Below, piece by piece: positions 9,685 to 22,877 of a stretch of 64,000 nt of DNA. The position numbers were made by a program, and so were the translations under genes. This stretch comes from Utricularia gibba (lineage: Eukaryota > Plantae > Magnoliophyta). The stretch lies in NCBI GenBank assembly GCA_002189035.1, contig NEEC01000008.1, positions 992,001-1,056,000 on the forward strand, written 5' to 3'. The notes below the pieces were generated by a model. That model worked only from the letters and a program-made list of their open reading frames with translations. It was not told the DNA's origin and made no database searches. Position 1 is the first letter of the stretch. Every line of letters begins with the position of its first letter.

Positions 9685-12555
9685 TCACTCCTCCTCCTCG
9701 GCCTCTTCCAGCCATTTCACAAACGGCTCCATTGCCTTGACAAACATTTGCCTGCAGAAAATTCAATTTCAATACAAAGGCTTTCAGTATGGCAAGGGTG
9801 TAGGGGCGACTGAAAACCTACCGGCCCTTTGGGTTTGTTCCTTTCAGGAACCAGTGACGAATGGTATCTTCAGCAAGAACATCTTGGTCATACAGCGACC
9901 TTATTATTTCAGGGAACAGTTTCATCAGCTTAGCATCTTCATAGCACTGAACCTGAACCTTGTAGATCAGTTCAAGCTCAAGCTTTCCACTGGTGGAGAA
10001 AGTATTCAGCAACCCTGCCCAAGTTTTTACCTGAAACAAAAAAAACAAAAACAAGGTTGCTGAAGATTTCAACTGTGATGACGGCAGCCAGGGGACAAAA
10101 TGAATATGATACCTGGCGCAGAGCCAAATTCGCGTTTTGCTGCTGATTCTTTCCAGACCACTGAACAGCATCCATCAGGATATCCCAAAGAATACGGATT
10201 ACCTCAATATCTGGAAGTTTGGCATCTTTCACATGCTGTTTGACAGTCTCAATGACTTCAGATACATCAGTTTCTTCGGCGATCAGGCTTGTTAGGGTAG
10301 TCTTCATTTCTTTCAGTCTGACATCAAATATCTTCTTCTCATTGTATTCCACCAATGCAGTGAGCCCTTCCTTTCTGAGAGATCAAAGATAAACCATATG
10401 TGAAAAAAGCTATAAAGTACTAGCCTTGGGGGAAGAGACATGAAATAATTAATGAATCTTTCAGTGAACAATGACACTAAAGCCCTCATATAGACGAAGA
10501 TAGTCCTTGGTTAAGAAGATGGTGGCCATTAGTTTTCTAATGGTAGTATCCCAAAAGCTTAAAAAGTTGACCAAAAACAGATGAACACATTTTAACAGCT
10601 TTTTTATATAGACATAAATTATCGCAAGGCATTTAAATGAATATGCAGACTCTGCAATTCCTTAGAGCCTAGAAGCAGTAAATTGCATACCACCACAGTA
10701 AGACGTAAACCAAGAACAAAACATAAATATGCTTGAAACATCTAAACAAGGCGTGTTAAGTAATTTCAGGAGAAAAATATGAGTATCTTGATAACATGCG
10801 AAACAACAAAACAAACAGCAGGTATAAGGCAGCATATGTAACCCGTAGAGTAAGCACAGAAACAGACAGCAAAAAAATGAACAAGGTGAAACTGGATGCC
10901 AAACTATAGTTAAATCATCAAGGCCCATTTAAACATGGAGAAACGTATGAGATTAGGCAACTTACTTAAAATGTTCCGCAAAAGCTTCAGGCGTCCGCTT
11001 TGCAGATGGGAAAAGGTCCAAGAGATTCTCTTCTATCTTCCCACGCTTTAAGATTGCAATTAGGTCATCAAGACTATTATCTACCAAATATTCCTTGAAG
11101 AAATCAGTTATAAATGTAAGAACTAGCCCCTTGGCAATAAGGTTATCTTTGAGAAGTGGTTGGAAAACAGTCTCTGGCGGGAGACCAGACAGCTTCTGAG
11201 AAAAGGCCAGAGCAGTGAAGACAGCAAGCTTCTTCCTTTCATCATCCTGGAAGAGCTCCAAAGACTGCAAGAATCTTTGCATAGCATTTTCAAGATTTTT
11301 AATAAGAAATGGCCTCCTCCGCAAGATCTTCTGTATGTACAGAACATGTGGCAAAATTGCCTCACGCTTAGGCTCACAATCAATTATTGAGTAAGGATGA
11401 CTATCCCCCTCATCAGGTTTCACTGTGCCAGGTTGGGTGCGCGCCCCTCTGAAGACAACCTGCATTCAACAAGCGAGGAGTTTAACATTATAACTTTGCA
11501 GTTTTTATGTTATGAATTGGTGATCCAGATTTACACCTAATCAAATGTTCTATGGATTACAAGGTGTGAAGCTGAAAAATTTTCTATGGGGTAAAAGAGG
11601 GAGTTCATAGTAGCAGGATAAATTTAAACTTACTTCAAAAAAGGTATCACCGTATCTTGAGAAATTGAGCTCAGACGACTCTAAGCATTTAGTTACAAGT
11701 TCCTAAGAGTATCAACAGGGAAAGAAACTGAATCATCTCAAGGGATTTAATCAATTATCAAGAAACGAACTTAACATTAGAACATAGGAATTAATCAAGA
11801 AAAGTATGACAATGACAAGTACAGGAAAATCTACCAGATCACCAGAATTATCCAAATAAATCTGAACCACTGCATCCGAAAAAGATGCGGGGTCCAAAGG
11901 AGCAGTGATATTCCGTTTGCGGGACTTGATCCGCGTGCCCCTGAGACAATAAAGGTGCAATATTAATACTATTCAGAATGAAAGCTTAGCACACCCAAAA
12001 ATGATTAGCCATGGTACAGATACACAGCTGACTACTCAATTCAAGGTAGCTCTTCCCGTTAATCAACTATGGAAGCACTCCGAGGAGTGGCCCAAAATTT
12101 TGAGAATGACAATCATACTTAACCATTCCAGAGATTACGTGATAAGTTTACCAAAGACGGACTCCATTGAGAGCAAAGATTTGAAAAAACATCAGTGCTT
12201 TGAAAACTTACCCAAGTGTGGGTTTCTCCTTCGAGCTGCTGCACAGCGTAATATGAAACGCAGAAAAAAGAAACAAGATCAGCCCACATACCAGCTCACA
12301 AAGCATGAAGAAAAAAGCGTGTCTCCGAGCAGAAAGATACAGAATGCAAAATTCGTGACAAGCGCAAGATATACGAAATGACTAACTCCATAATATATAT
12401 CAAAACCCATAGCAAAACAAAAACAATACGCGGAAAAGCAGAACAACGACAAAACACGCCCACATCATAGCAGAGTACGGGATCTGAAATGAAACAACCT
12501 CGAACCCAAGGAACGCCACAAATTATCAAAAAAACATGGAAGCTGTTCACCTCAT
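9685..12555 (-). CDS. BZW: BZW / eIF5-mimic (5MP) W2-domain translation regulator
   Basis: ATGAG micro-exon (12555-12551), 24-nt exon SSKEKPTLG (12235-12212), then GTRIKSRKRNITAPLDP, YIQKILRRRPFLIKNLEN, W2 domain SLYDQDVLAEDTIRHW and final KWLEEAEEEE*; TGA at 9687-9685. Confidence 0.95.
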
Positions 12556-13310
12556 AAACCAGATCTAAACGAATCAAGAAGAATAAAGAAAGGAAGGACA
12601 AAGGCGTCTCCCTTCCTCGCGCAAATGTTGCAGGGATGACGATGGGGAGCACTGCGGAGGAAATGGCGAAAATTGTAAAGAGGAAGGTACAACAATCGAA
12701 GCACAAGGTCCTCCAACTTTATTCCGTTTCGGGTGCCTGATATTTTTGGGGGTTTACTTTTCTAAATGCCATTTAATTATTTTGGTATACGGAGTAAAAA
12801 CGTACCTTTACGTAGTCAAATCGCCTTCCATTCCGATGTATTAGAAAAGTAATTATACTTCTTTTAGTATGTGACAAAAATAAATATGTAAAAAAATTGG
12901 TATTACTGTGTGAAAGAGAAATTAGGTTAAATAATCTTCTAAATAACCCATTAAAAGGGTGACCGTACACAAAAACATTAATTATATTTGATATTCTAGG
13001 TTCTGACATAATTTTTTGAAAAATATTTTCTAATCATTTTCAAAAAAAATTAAAAAATAGAATTTTTCAATTTACTAAAATTGTTAAGTATTTTTTAAAT
13101 TTAAATTCTTAGAAATAAAAATACTTTATGTTTAATAACAAAAATACTTTTATTTACTCCAAACAAAATCTTGATTTTATAAATAAATTGAGGATGAATA
13201 TATTTATAAATGATCCTGAGAGGTCTCATGAGTAATAAAAATTCCATAAAAAAAAAATGGCAAGCAAATACACCAAACCACGTGGACGGATGGGATTGGA
13301 TGGGATGGGT

Positions 13311-16300
13311 TCAGTTGCCTCCCTTCTGCTTCAAAGTGATCTTGTCACCCAAGCTGAGGGCGATGCCCTGAGTCTTGCTCCTTATTCTGATGTATCCACT
13401 CAGTTTGGAGTCCGCCTGCTTCTCCACGCTCACATTCACCAACGCATCCTCCCCGAACACACTCTTGGCGTACAAGTTCGCCGCCAAGAACCCGCATTCG
13501 CCTTCCAGGGCGGACCTAAAAGAACACACAAGAAACACAGTGAACACCTACCTGATAATAATAATAGTGGACAACTCATCTGGATGGATGGACTTACGGA
13601 GCAGTCAGGCATCTCATGTTTGTGGACTTGATTATATGATCAAGGAACTCCTTTTCGTCCGTGATGGTCGTATTGATGGCAACCTGGAATCGTACACAAC
13701 TTCAAGGCCAGTTCATAGATATAATACAGTCACAGAGAGAAGAGACTACCTTGTTTTCCCATTCAAACTCCGCCCACATGGTTCGGAAGGCGGCATCAGT
13801 GCACACAGCGGGAGATATGTAGTCCATGATATCAATATGGATGTCATTCAGCACAATGACATTCCGCTCCAGCACGTTCGAGGTTTCATAAACAATGTTG
13901 CCAAAGATAACTCCAGTTTCAGTGGATGACACCTTGATGTTTGCCTTTATTTGCTTGCTTGACTCTGGGGCGATGGTATAATTCTGAGGCCGTTCTACAA
14001 GTTTGAGGTCACCCATAGTTGCCAACTCCAGACACAAATTCTGGAGGGTTTCCTTTGTTCGATTAATGATCGTGACATCAAGGAGAATATCATAGTGATG
14101 GACGGTCACATAAGCTTCCGCATACACAGGGTCACTGAACCCTGTGAGTTGAATGATACGATTCAGCTTATTCGCCTCATCCGCATCCTTGGTAAATTCC
14201 CCAGTGGCACGTTTAAGATCATCTTGGACCTGATCTTCAAGCTCCAATTGGCTCATTCCCTGATGACACACGAACAAAGCCCACTGATTAACAGTGTAAG
14301 ACAAGAATTTTATTTTCAGGCTTGACAAAAAAACAAGGAAAGCTACTTTTAACCTTTCTGCTTTTTAAGTGACAGAAGTCTATGAGGTCATCTGGCTGTG
14401 AGTGAGGAACTTGCGTCTTTGCATTGATTTCTTCTGTTTCACGGGCCTTTTTGTCATAAAGCATCTTAACAAAACTCTCACGACAAGAAGCCAACCAGAT
14501 TGACCTTATTGCATCGCCCGTGTTGCATAGCAACCTTACGCAGATAACAATCCGGTCACGAGAATCATTATCTATTGGGTGAGAGAGAACTGATGATTGG
14601 CCCAGCTGCAGCATTGCAACCAAAATTAGTACTACATCAGTGGATGCCTTGTTCACCTCAGTTTTCAGCGGTTGAACCTCCTCCAACCTTAGAATGAGTT
14701 TCGTTAAGGTGCATGCAATAACTGCTCCAAGAAAGAAATCTCCAGCAAGGAGAAGGGACCTCAAGTTCCCTACAGTCAGTGATCCCTGAAGTACAGTTGG
14801 AGAGGAAAACGCATTTTCAGAGGCAGCACTTTGAGTTGCGTAAGTTCCATCAGCAAGAATAGCTGGTCTCCGAGATGAAACAGAAACTGTGCTTGCCTCC
14901 TGACTCTTCTTAGATGGATCAGTAGATTCTTCTTCTTCAGAAACAGAAAAGAAGGGCATATCTCCAAGACATTGTTTTATGGTTGTGATGCCACTCTCAA
15001 TTTCAGATAGTGATAGACAGTACTCTCCAATGATCCACAGAGCACAAGTGCAAACTCTAGCTGCCCGAATCTGATAAAATGTATCCAAAAGCCTAGTGAT
15101 AATAGAGACCCTCAACTTTGGGTTGGTCTCTATTATCTCTCTGACAAAAACGATGACGTCAATTGCAGACGCTACATTGTTGTCTCCCAAGAAGTCCATC
15201 AACAAGTGGACAACTGTGCTAGCTACTTCTGGATACTTGACAGCACATGAATGAATAGCTTGAATGAGCATTTGGCGGTACTCGCCATTTTTTTCGAGCT
15301 CCCCACTTTGAGTTTTCACAACTTCCTTCCTAAGAGTTGAAACCACCTCAGAGACATTGCGTGGTGTGATGAGTTCCAGAACAATATCAAGTGTTTTCTT
15401 GCGAATATCAAGGTTTGGACTTGACAGCGCCCTCAAAACATCCATTATCATATCCACCATTGTCTCCCTGTGAGAAGCTTTTAGCTCATTCAAGCGATCA
15501 AGCACAATGAGTTTGACGTTGTTGTCACTTTGTGAGATAAGAAGCTGGCAATATGTAGTCGCAGCAGCTTTAACGGCCGTGGGAGCAGAAGACAAGGAAA
15601 CAAGTGTTCCGGCACATTCATAAATCACAGCAGCAGAGGGAGCATTTAGTAAGGATATAATGATTTTGATGTATCTCCCTTTCTCATCCTTCTTCATTCT
15701 ACATACTTTTCGTATCAGGTCCAATACAACCATCTGAAATAACTCCCCCCAATCTAAGACACGGTCAATGTTGCTCAAAAGGTAATTAACAGCACGGTCC
15801 TGAGCACAGTTGAAAAGCATGAGAAAAGCATTTCTTCTAGCTGACGGATCCTGCTCCACAGAGAGGAACTTCTCAATGGTTTCTGGAGCATCTGCCAGTA
15901 GTTGCTCACCTTGAGGCAGCTTGTAAATTGACATCACGGCAAGAATGGCATTTCTCCTAACATAAGGAACTCGATGTTCCAAGTTTGCAATAATAGAAGG
16001 AATCAAGGGTTCAATGATCTCCACTTCATTCAGCCGGCAAAGGAACCTTAGAGTGACACCACGAATATATTCATTTGGGTGCTGCAGATTATTCCTCAGA
16101 TTTTGGCAGATTAAAATCATTTCTGGAAGCACGCGACCTTTCCCATCAGTTTTATCAATTATCTCCAAATAGAGTAGCAACAGTTTCTGAACCGTATGGT
16201 CCTCGGACGGTAAAACATATCTGACAATGGTGATGAATAGTTGTGGGAGCGTCTCATCATTCAACATCAGCATAATTGCATTTTTCATGGCTTCAATCTT

Positions 16301-16405
16301 AGCGGGAACATCATTGCCTTGAAGAGCTTCCTTGATCTCATTAGCCAGTGCTGGGGTACCCTTGTCAAAGTGCACCAACAGCGAGCAATACTTCTCCATT
16401 TTCAC
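13311..16405 (-). CDS. COPB: Coatomer subunit beta (4 coding exons; probable 5' UTR intron about 16445-16900)
   Basis: [95 protein letters not shown]. Confidence 0.97.
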
Positions 16406-19070
16406 CCGTTATCTAATTTGCCTCTTTGATGATCGACTGAGCACCTGGAAGATCTGAAGAAAGACTTGTAAAACAAATCACTTCGAAACACACATGTCAT
16501 AAAAACACCCGACAAGTAAAAAGATTAAAACATGAGGGAGCAAAAATGGGCCATTAGTTCAAAACAGCACTTCAAAAAATGCACTACAGCTACGGAATAA
16601 CCACATGACAATGCTACATTTCAACAAATCTGTAAAACCCCAAACTCGTGTATAATGATCTATGAGTTAAAATGCTGTGCAGAATGAACCCCTGCGATCC
16701 CGATCCACAGCGCATCATAATAACAAAATACCAACCGAACCCAACGCCGAAAAAAAGGCCACACAGAGAAACTAGCGGATCCCTGCGTGAAATTAGTCAG
16801 CTGGAGGTAGGTAGTTCTACAAGCAACTCCGATCCAGAAAGAAACGGATCGATATTCATCATCCCAATATAACACGCAAATCAATCAAGACAGGAGAACT
16901 GAAATCAAACAAGCTTGAAGAAGAATCCAAGCGCAACACCTAAACAGAACTCCCAAACTCACCAAAAGCATTCAATTTCTTCACCTCCTGAACCAGATCT
17001 AAACCAAAACTCAACTGCCTGCTTCTATCGTTGCCGGAGACTCGTAGGCTCGACAACCATTTGGGCCTATTTATTGGGCCCAAACAACACTAGATTTGAC
17101 TTTTGTGTGACTAAAATATTTATGCATGTAATAAAATAATTTTAGAAAATTGATTTTACTTATGGTCGGACATCTCGAAACCCAAAAAATATAACATTAT
17201 AAAAATTAAATAATATTACATAAAAAAATGAATCATAATAAATAATATTAGAAATGAATAGATAGTAACATTATTGAAATTAATAATTCAATAAAGTCAA
17301 ACAAATATAAAGTACACGAGAAATAAATATAGATCAATTAAGAAAATATTAGGCTCAATTATTTACTTGTGATCTATATTTTATTATATACTTAATTATT
17401 TCATATTCAAACCTCAATATGTGATTGTTTGCTTTAATAAACATATATTCTATTAGAAAATACACGAAAAAATGATAATATTTCATATAGATCACGAAAT
17501 AGGAATGAAGATCACCTTATTTTTGTATGACTATTAGATGATAAAAGTACAAGAGCTCGGTGTCTACTAAAAATGAAAAAAGAAGAAGAGGAGAGGGATC
17601 ATTGGCACCAAAATGATGGATAGTCAACATATCTACTCAAAAGTGTAGAGTGAGTCTCCAAAAGGCCTGAGAACCTAGCGCGTGCAGTCCACATAACAAG
17701 GCTGAAGTCTTACAAAAGAGCATTTCCGGAGTTATCAGGGCTGTCTAATTCCGGCGGGTCTCACGCCCACTCAGAAGAGCATTTCCGGCGGCCGGCGATC
17801 GAAACACTCCCTCCTTAGTTACCCAATTGGCAAGACTCCCGGCTATCCTGAAGCCCGATCTCCAGTACACACGATTACTGTGCGAAAAAACAAAGCCCAA
17901 AAAAGGAACAGGAAGCATGGGGCCGGAAAGGAGGGGTATCAACCAATGGATCATGCTCTGCAGGTGGAGCTCCAAAGGGAAATGATTATACTTCACTATT
18001 CAGAATTAATACCAAGAAGAAGGGGCCAAGGAGGAGAGGCAGCAGTTACTCCAGTGCACAGAAACTCAGGGCCCATCTGCTTCCCAACCACATGGTCAAA
18101 CCAAGATTATTTTCCACACTCCCCAGCCCAACCGCATCTCCATCCCCTAAATTAACCATCAAATTATGATAAAATTACAATAACAACACATCAAGTTTCA
18201 ACTAATATAAAAAATTTAATTCTCAAATTTCGATCAATATAAAAAAATACACATCATATTGTTAAAATAATTAATTCACAACATCGTAAAGCTAACAAAA
18301 TTTCATGTTAGTAATCTTTTCATTCACGTATGAAATTGGATAAATTGAATGATACCTCCATTAGAATTGCAATGTTCATATCTCATATAATTCAAAATAA
18401 TGATGCTTATGTCATATTAACATCCAAGATGATTTAAATTGACAATAATTATACCATGTCTTATATGACATATTGCTATAACAACATTAAAACCAAAATC
18501 AAGTAATTTTAATAATATTAGAGTATGGATATGTAATTTTATGAATTTGAAGGTAAATTGTTTTAAAAAATAAATTAAGAGTTTATGATACAACTTTGAA
18601 AATTAAAGATTAAAATTTTTATACTCACTGTAATTTAGAATGCCATTATCAAACTCCAACCGTAAAAATTAATAATTCACTCATACATGTGATGAAAACT
18701 ATGTCTCTTATTTGGTTGGCGTAATCCTTAATGTACACGTGATTTATAAAATCGTGTTTGTCAAAATTATTATTCTACTTGAATTTTATTAATCAGATTA
18801 GTTTTTGTTCTTTTTTGAGTAAGTTATTAAATAGATTAGCAATCCATTTATATCATTTTAAATCATCGAATATATTAATTTTTCGTACCTGTGTGCATTC
18901 ACATATAATATGATATATAAAAGTTAGGCACCAAAAAGAGACTTTTCATTATGATAATATAATATATTTATTATAATTTAATCGTGTCGCGGTGTCGCGA
19001 TGACCAAATAACCCTCGATGTTGACCGGGCGGTGTCCGAATATTGTATTTTTTATTGGAACAAAAATGAT

Positions 19071-19300
19071 GAATAATAGGAAAGGTCATGTCAAGACAGC
19101 AGACAACTCGCTCTCAAATCTCTGCGCTCTGAAATTCTGCAAGTGGTCATATTATGCTTTTTTCTGCTTTCGCCCCTCTTCCCCATCATTAATAATTCCA
19201 CTTCTCACCCCACGTCTTTCCAAAATACCCCATCTAGTCCCCCCCTATATTTACTGTTTCTCTATATAGCTTGGGATCCCACATCACTGTGATAGCTTTC
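19071..19300 (+). promoter_or_regulatory. Putative AS2 core promoter: TATA-like TCTATATAG (19261-19269) and an upstream GAATAA (KANADI-box-like) at 19071
   Basis: TATA-like motif precedes a CT-rich leader. GAATAA matches the KANADI consensus GNATA(A/T), but a 6-mer is weak evidence. Confidence 0.4.
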
Positions 19301-20065
19301 ATTCCCTCTGGTTCTTTGTTTTTGTTCCTTTCTCCCGTTTCCATAGCCACAGCTCTTGGGGAATTTCCTCCGCCTTCGTCTCCACCACATTTTCTGTAAA
19401 ACAATTTTTTTAAAAAACCACCCCAACCCCATCTGTTTTTTCTTCATCTGGAGCGCCACCGCTATCATTTTTACATGATTGATTGAGGGCAGAGAACACG
19501 GCATACGTTCTTGAAAGGAAGACGGAATTGGGTTCTTTGTATTAATCAGGTGCAGAAACTGAGGTGGCTGGGGGCGTAATCGATTCTCTCAAGGTTAGAG
19601 CTTTTGAAGGTTTAGGGGTGGGGGCCTGTGTGAGTTTAATGGCATGTTCTTCATTGGAATGGGATGCAGAAGTTGGGTTTGCAGTTTTAGGGTTTTTGAT
19701 AAGTCAAGATTCAATTTTTATGTTGGTGGGTTTTGGACATTTGGATCGGAAAGGTGATGGAACTGGGGAACTTCGTTTTCCTTAAGGCTGTCAACTGATT
19801 TGATCGAGTATTGTCTACTGTCTGAAAGGCTACCACTTCTTTTCAGGATCATTCTCTCAGGTCCCAGAAGCTTTATTTAATTCTTCCTAACAGAAACCAG
19901 CAGCACTGCCGCGCCCTTTGGTTAGTAGAACAAAGTGGACGTTCTTCTTCTTCTGCTTATTTGACTTCAGATCCACTCTCTTTCAGGGAGAAAATAACCT
20001 ACAGCGAAAAGTGCGTTTTCTTACCGCTGCTGCCAATTATGTCTGTGTCTGCAGTTTTCCTCGAC

Positions 20066-20638
20066 ATGGCTAATGCTACGACATCGCCGTGTGCTGCGTG
20101 CAAGTTTCTCCGGCGAAAGTGTCTCCCGGAGTGCGTATTCGCGCCCTACTTTCCACCGGACCAACCCCAGAAATTCGCCAACGTTCACAAAGTGTTCGGC
20201 GCCAGCAACGTCACGAAGCTTCTGAACGACCTGCAGCCTCACCAACGGGAGGACGCGGTGAATTCCCTCGCCTATGAGGCCGATATGCGGCTTAGGGACC
20301 CCGTTTACGGCTGCGTCGGAGTCATCTCCCTCCTCCAGCACCAACTCCGGCAACTTCAAATCGATCTGAGCTGCGCGAAATCGGAGCTATCAAAGTACAA
20401 GAGCTTGACAATCTCCGGCCACGGCCTACTCGCGGCGGCAGCGGCACAAGGAATCAACCACCACTTCCAACACCAACTTTTCCCGGTTAATCAGCAGCAA
20501 GTACTCAGAGGCTTCGATCACGGAACAAACGCGTTCGAAACCGGAGGACTTCTGTCGATGAACGTCTCCGCCAATATCGGGCAGCTAGCATCCCTGGCAG
20601 CGGACGGACGCCGGACTCCCGTCGATCCATCGTCCTAG
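20066..20638 (+). CDS. AS2: LOB-domain transcription factor ASYMMETRIC LEAVES 2 (LBD6); coding region intronless, 5' UTR spliced
   Basis: SPCAACKFLRRKC.PECVFAPYFPPDQPQKFANVHKVFGASNVTKLL, YEADMRLRDPVYGCVGVISLLQHQLRQLQIDLSCAKSELSKY and C-terminal PVDPS are AS2-type; TCTGCAG acceptor at 20054 lies just before the ATG. Confidence 0.93.
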   Translation: MANATTSPCAACKFLRRKCLPECVFAPYFPPDQPQKFANVHKVFGASNVTKLLNDLQPHQREDAVNSLAYEADMRLRDPVYGCVGVISLLQHQLRQLQIDLSCAKSELSKYKSLTISGHGLLAAAAAQGINHHFQHQLFPVNQQQVLRGFDHGTNAFETGGLLSMNVSANIGQLASLAADGRRTPVDPSS

Positions 20639-22845
20639 GGTTTCCTGTCACTAGTTTGGGTTGAATCCATTTTGCTTGAATTAGCACAAAAAAAAAAAAA
20701 AAAGACTAGCAGTTTGATTTGAATATCTTTATGTCATCATTTTCGCTGCTACCCTATTTTATATTCCCTTATTGTACTTTATAATTATTCACAATATTAA
20801 TATAATATTAAAATATAGCTGTTACTCTTATTTAATAACCATTTAAAATACATTTTCAAAAACGTTTTATTGATCAATACAGTCATTTCATAAATATATT
20901 ATTCAATATGCATATGCATATAATTTTGATAATTACATAGTTAAAAACATAGTTGCAGTCTGGTTGACTTGTGCCCTAATTTTTCACTTTCTAAATGTAT
21001 TATTTTTTCGTAATTTACTAAATTGATTTTATTTAATTTTGGGATACTTTAATCTATTACCGTTTTATAGCAAAATTAAAAATTTACATTATGTAATGAA
21101 CTTCAGAAGTTATTAAATTTATATTTTACTGTTAATACAAAATACAAAATTTATTATATGATTATCATCTTAAAATTGATTCTATTTTATATATTAATTT
21201 AATAATAATATTAAATTAGCCCCATATTTATCAAATTTAAATCATTCATCAATTAAAATAAGTTATGGGAATGGGTGGAGAGCAGGAGGAGCAGCAGACA
21301 CAATTAAATGGGGTTAATGATGCTCCTCATTTATTGAAATGCGGTCGTCATCGTATCATTTTATACCCGTTTTCTTACATCTCGGATTCCGATTTTTCAT
21401 CAGATGTCAAATTCAGTGAAACCCGGATTTATTTCTATTTTCTTCTTCTTTTTAATTTGGTAGTTAATGAACTTCAGTACACGGCAACATTTTAAATTCT
21501 TCAGAATTAAATTAAATATGGTTGATCTTAATTTCCCTTAAAATTAAAAATTTAATTAATATTTGAATTTGTTGGGTAAAAAATGAGATTTTTTTTATGA
21601 TAGTGGAAAAATACTATATTTTAGGGTAGTAGAAATTGTAAAATGAGTTTGCGTTTTTTATATTGAAATAAACATAACACAGTTAAGAATTTAGGAACAA
21701 CAAGAAGATTTATCTAGAATTAAGTAGTGTTTTGGAAAATTTTTTAGTGTTATTTTTAATTTTGGAAAAATAAATATTGAATTACAAATTTATGGAAAAA
21801 GATAAAAATAAATGGTAAAAAAATATTTTTAGGAATGTGATGTCAAAAATAGAAATAGATTTTTTATTATCTAAACTTATGTTTCATTTTTAAGTAATCT
21901 TCAAAGCTATTTTTATCAAAAACAAAAACATAAATATTAACTGTTAACAATAGAAAATTTTAGACAATACATTTGTAGTTTGAAACAATTTTTACAAAAT
22001 TGTATAGAGTGAAAAATGTTCATGGGGATTTGGGAGGTGAGGTGGCAAGTAATGATGAGATGGGATGAGACATAAATGCCCTTGACAGTGGGGCGGGCGT
22101 CTCCCTCTGATCTGATCATCATCCCCGTCTTCCTTCATGGGTATTCGTGTCCGGTTGATTCCTCCAGACCCGCAATCCCAATTCTTATCGCCCCCTCTCC
22201 AGTAACTCTACATTATTACCGTGGGTAAAACACACGCATTACTGGGTATGGTCAAAGAGATGGGTGCATTATTGTTGGTGCCAGAATAATGATGCCGCCG
22301 GGTCAATGGCGACAATCTCGTCTCGTGGTGTCTGAGCACCGAGCCGACCGGGATCCAGATTGGGGAGGGGGAGGAACACCCAGCCCAGCCCCGGCCTGCC
22401 GGTGGCCATAAAGAAACGGGTGAAAGGGGCGGGGATTATCCCGACAGGAGCACGCCTAACGAAGCGCTGATGGCAAAAGGGAAAGAAGGAAGGGGAAGCA
22501 TTTATTTCGGGTTGTCCGTCTGAGCCCTGCCTGCAATTGCATCCCCCCTAATTGCGATCCCACCCACCCAGCCCCGGCCCTCTTCCCTTTCTGTCGCATA
22601 GCAGCAATTGCGAATTGCAATGCTGGTTAGGGTTACCGGCCCGCAGTGAAGGAAGGTGCGGGCGAGCGAGCAATGCATCATCGGCGCCGTTGAGACTTCA
22701 AAATGGGGCTGCCGGAGATGGATGGATGATGCAGCATTATTGAACATTGGGTCGCCGCCATGCCTTTTGCCTTGGTCGCATTTACTCGATAGCGCCAACA
22801 CTCTACGCTTCTTCCCCCACACCATTTATGAACCCCAGTCTCAAA

Positions 22846-22877
22846 TGTAAATGTAAATGTAAATGCAAATGTAAATT
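22846..22877. repeat. (AAATGT)n hexamer microsatellite, about 5 units
   Basis: caaatgtaaatgtaaatgtaaatgcaaatgtaaat read directly. Confidence 0.85.

Noticed and set aside
17745-17996. ORF containing PVPFLGFVFS, reminiscent of a Ty3/gypsy RT motif
   Set aside because: No YxDD or other RT, RNase H or integrase motifs and no LTRs nearby.
19961-20065. N-terminal extension of the AS2 ORF
   Set aside because: Begins at TTG and lies across 5' UTR intron sequence with an acceptor at 20054.
22725-22737. GATGATGCAGCAT resembling part of miR172
   Set aside because: Only 12/13 nt of the 3' half match and no foldback partner was found.
22788-22796. GATAGCGCC equal to the 3' end of miR390
   Set aside because: A nine-base match is expected by chance; no hairpin.
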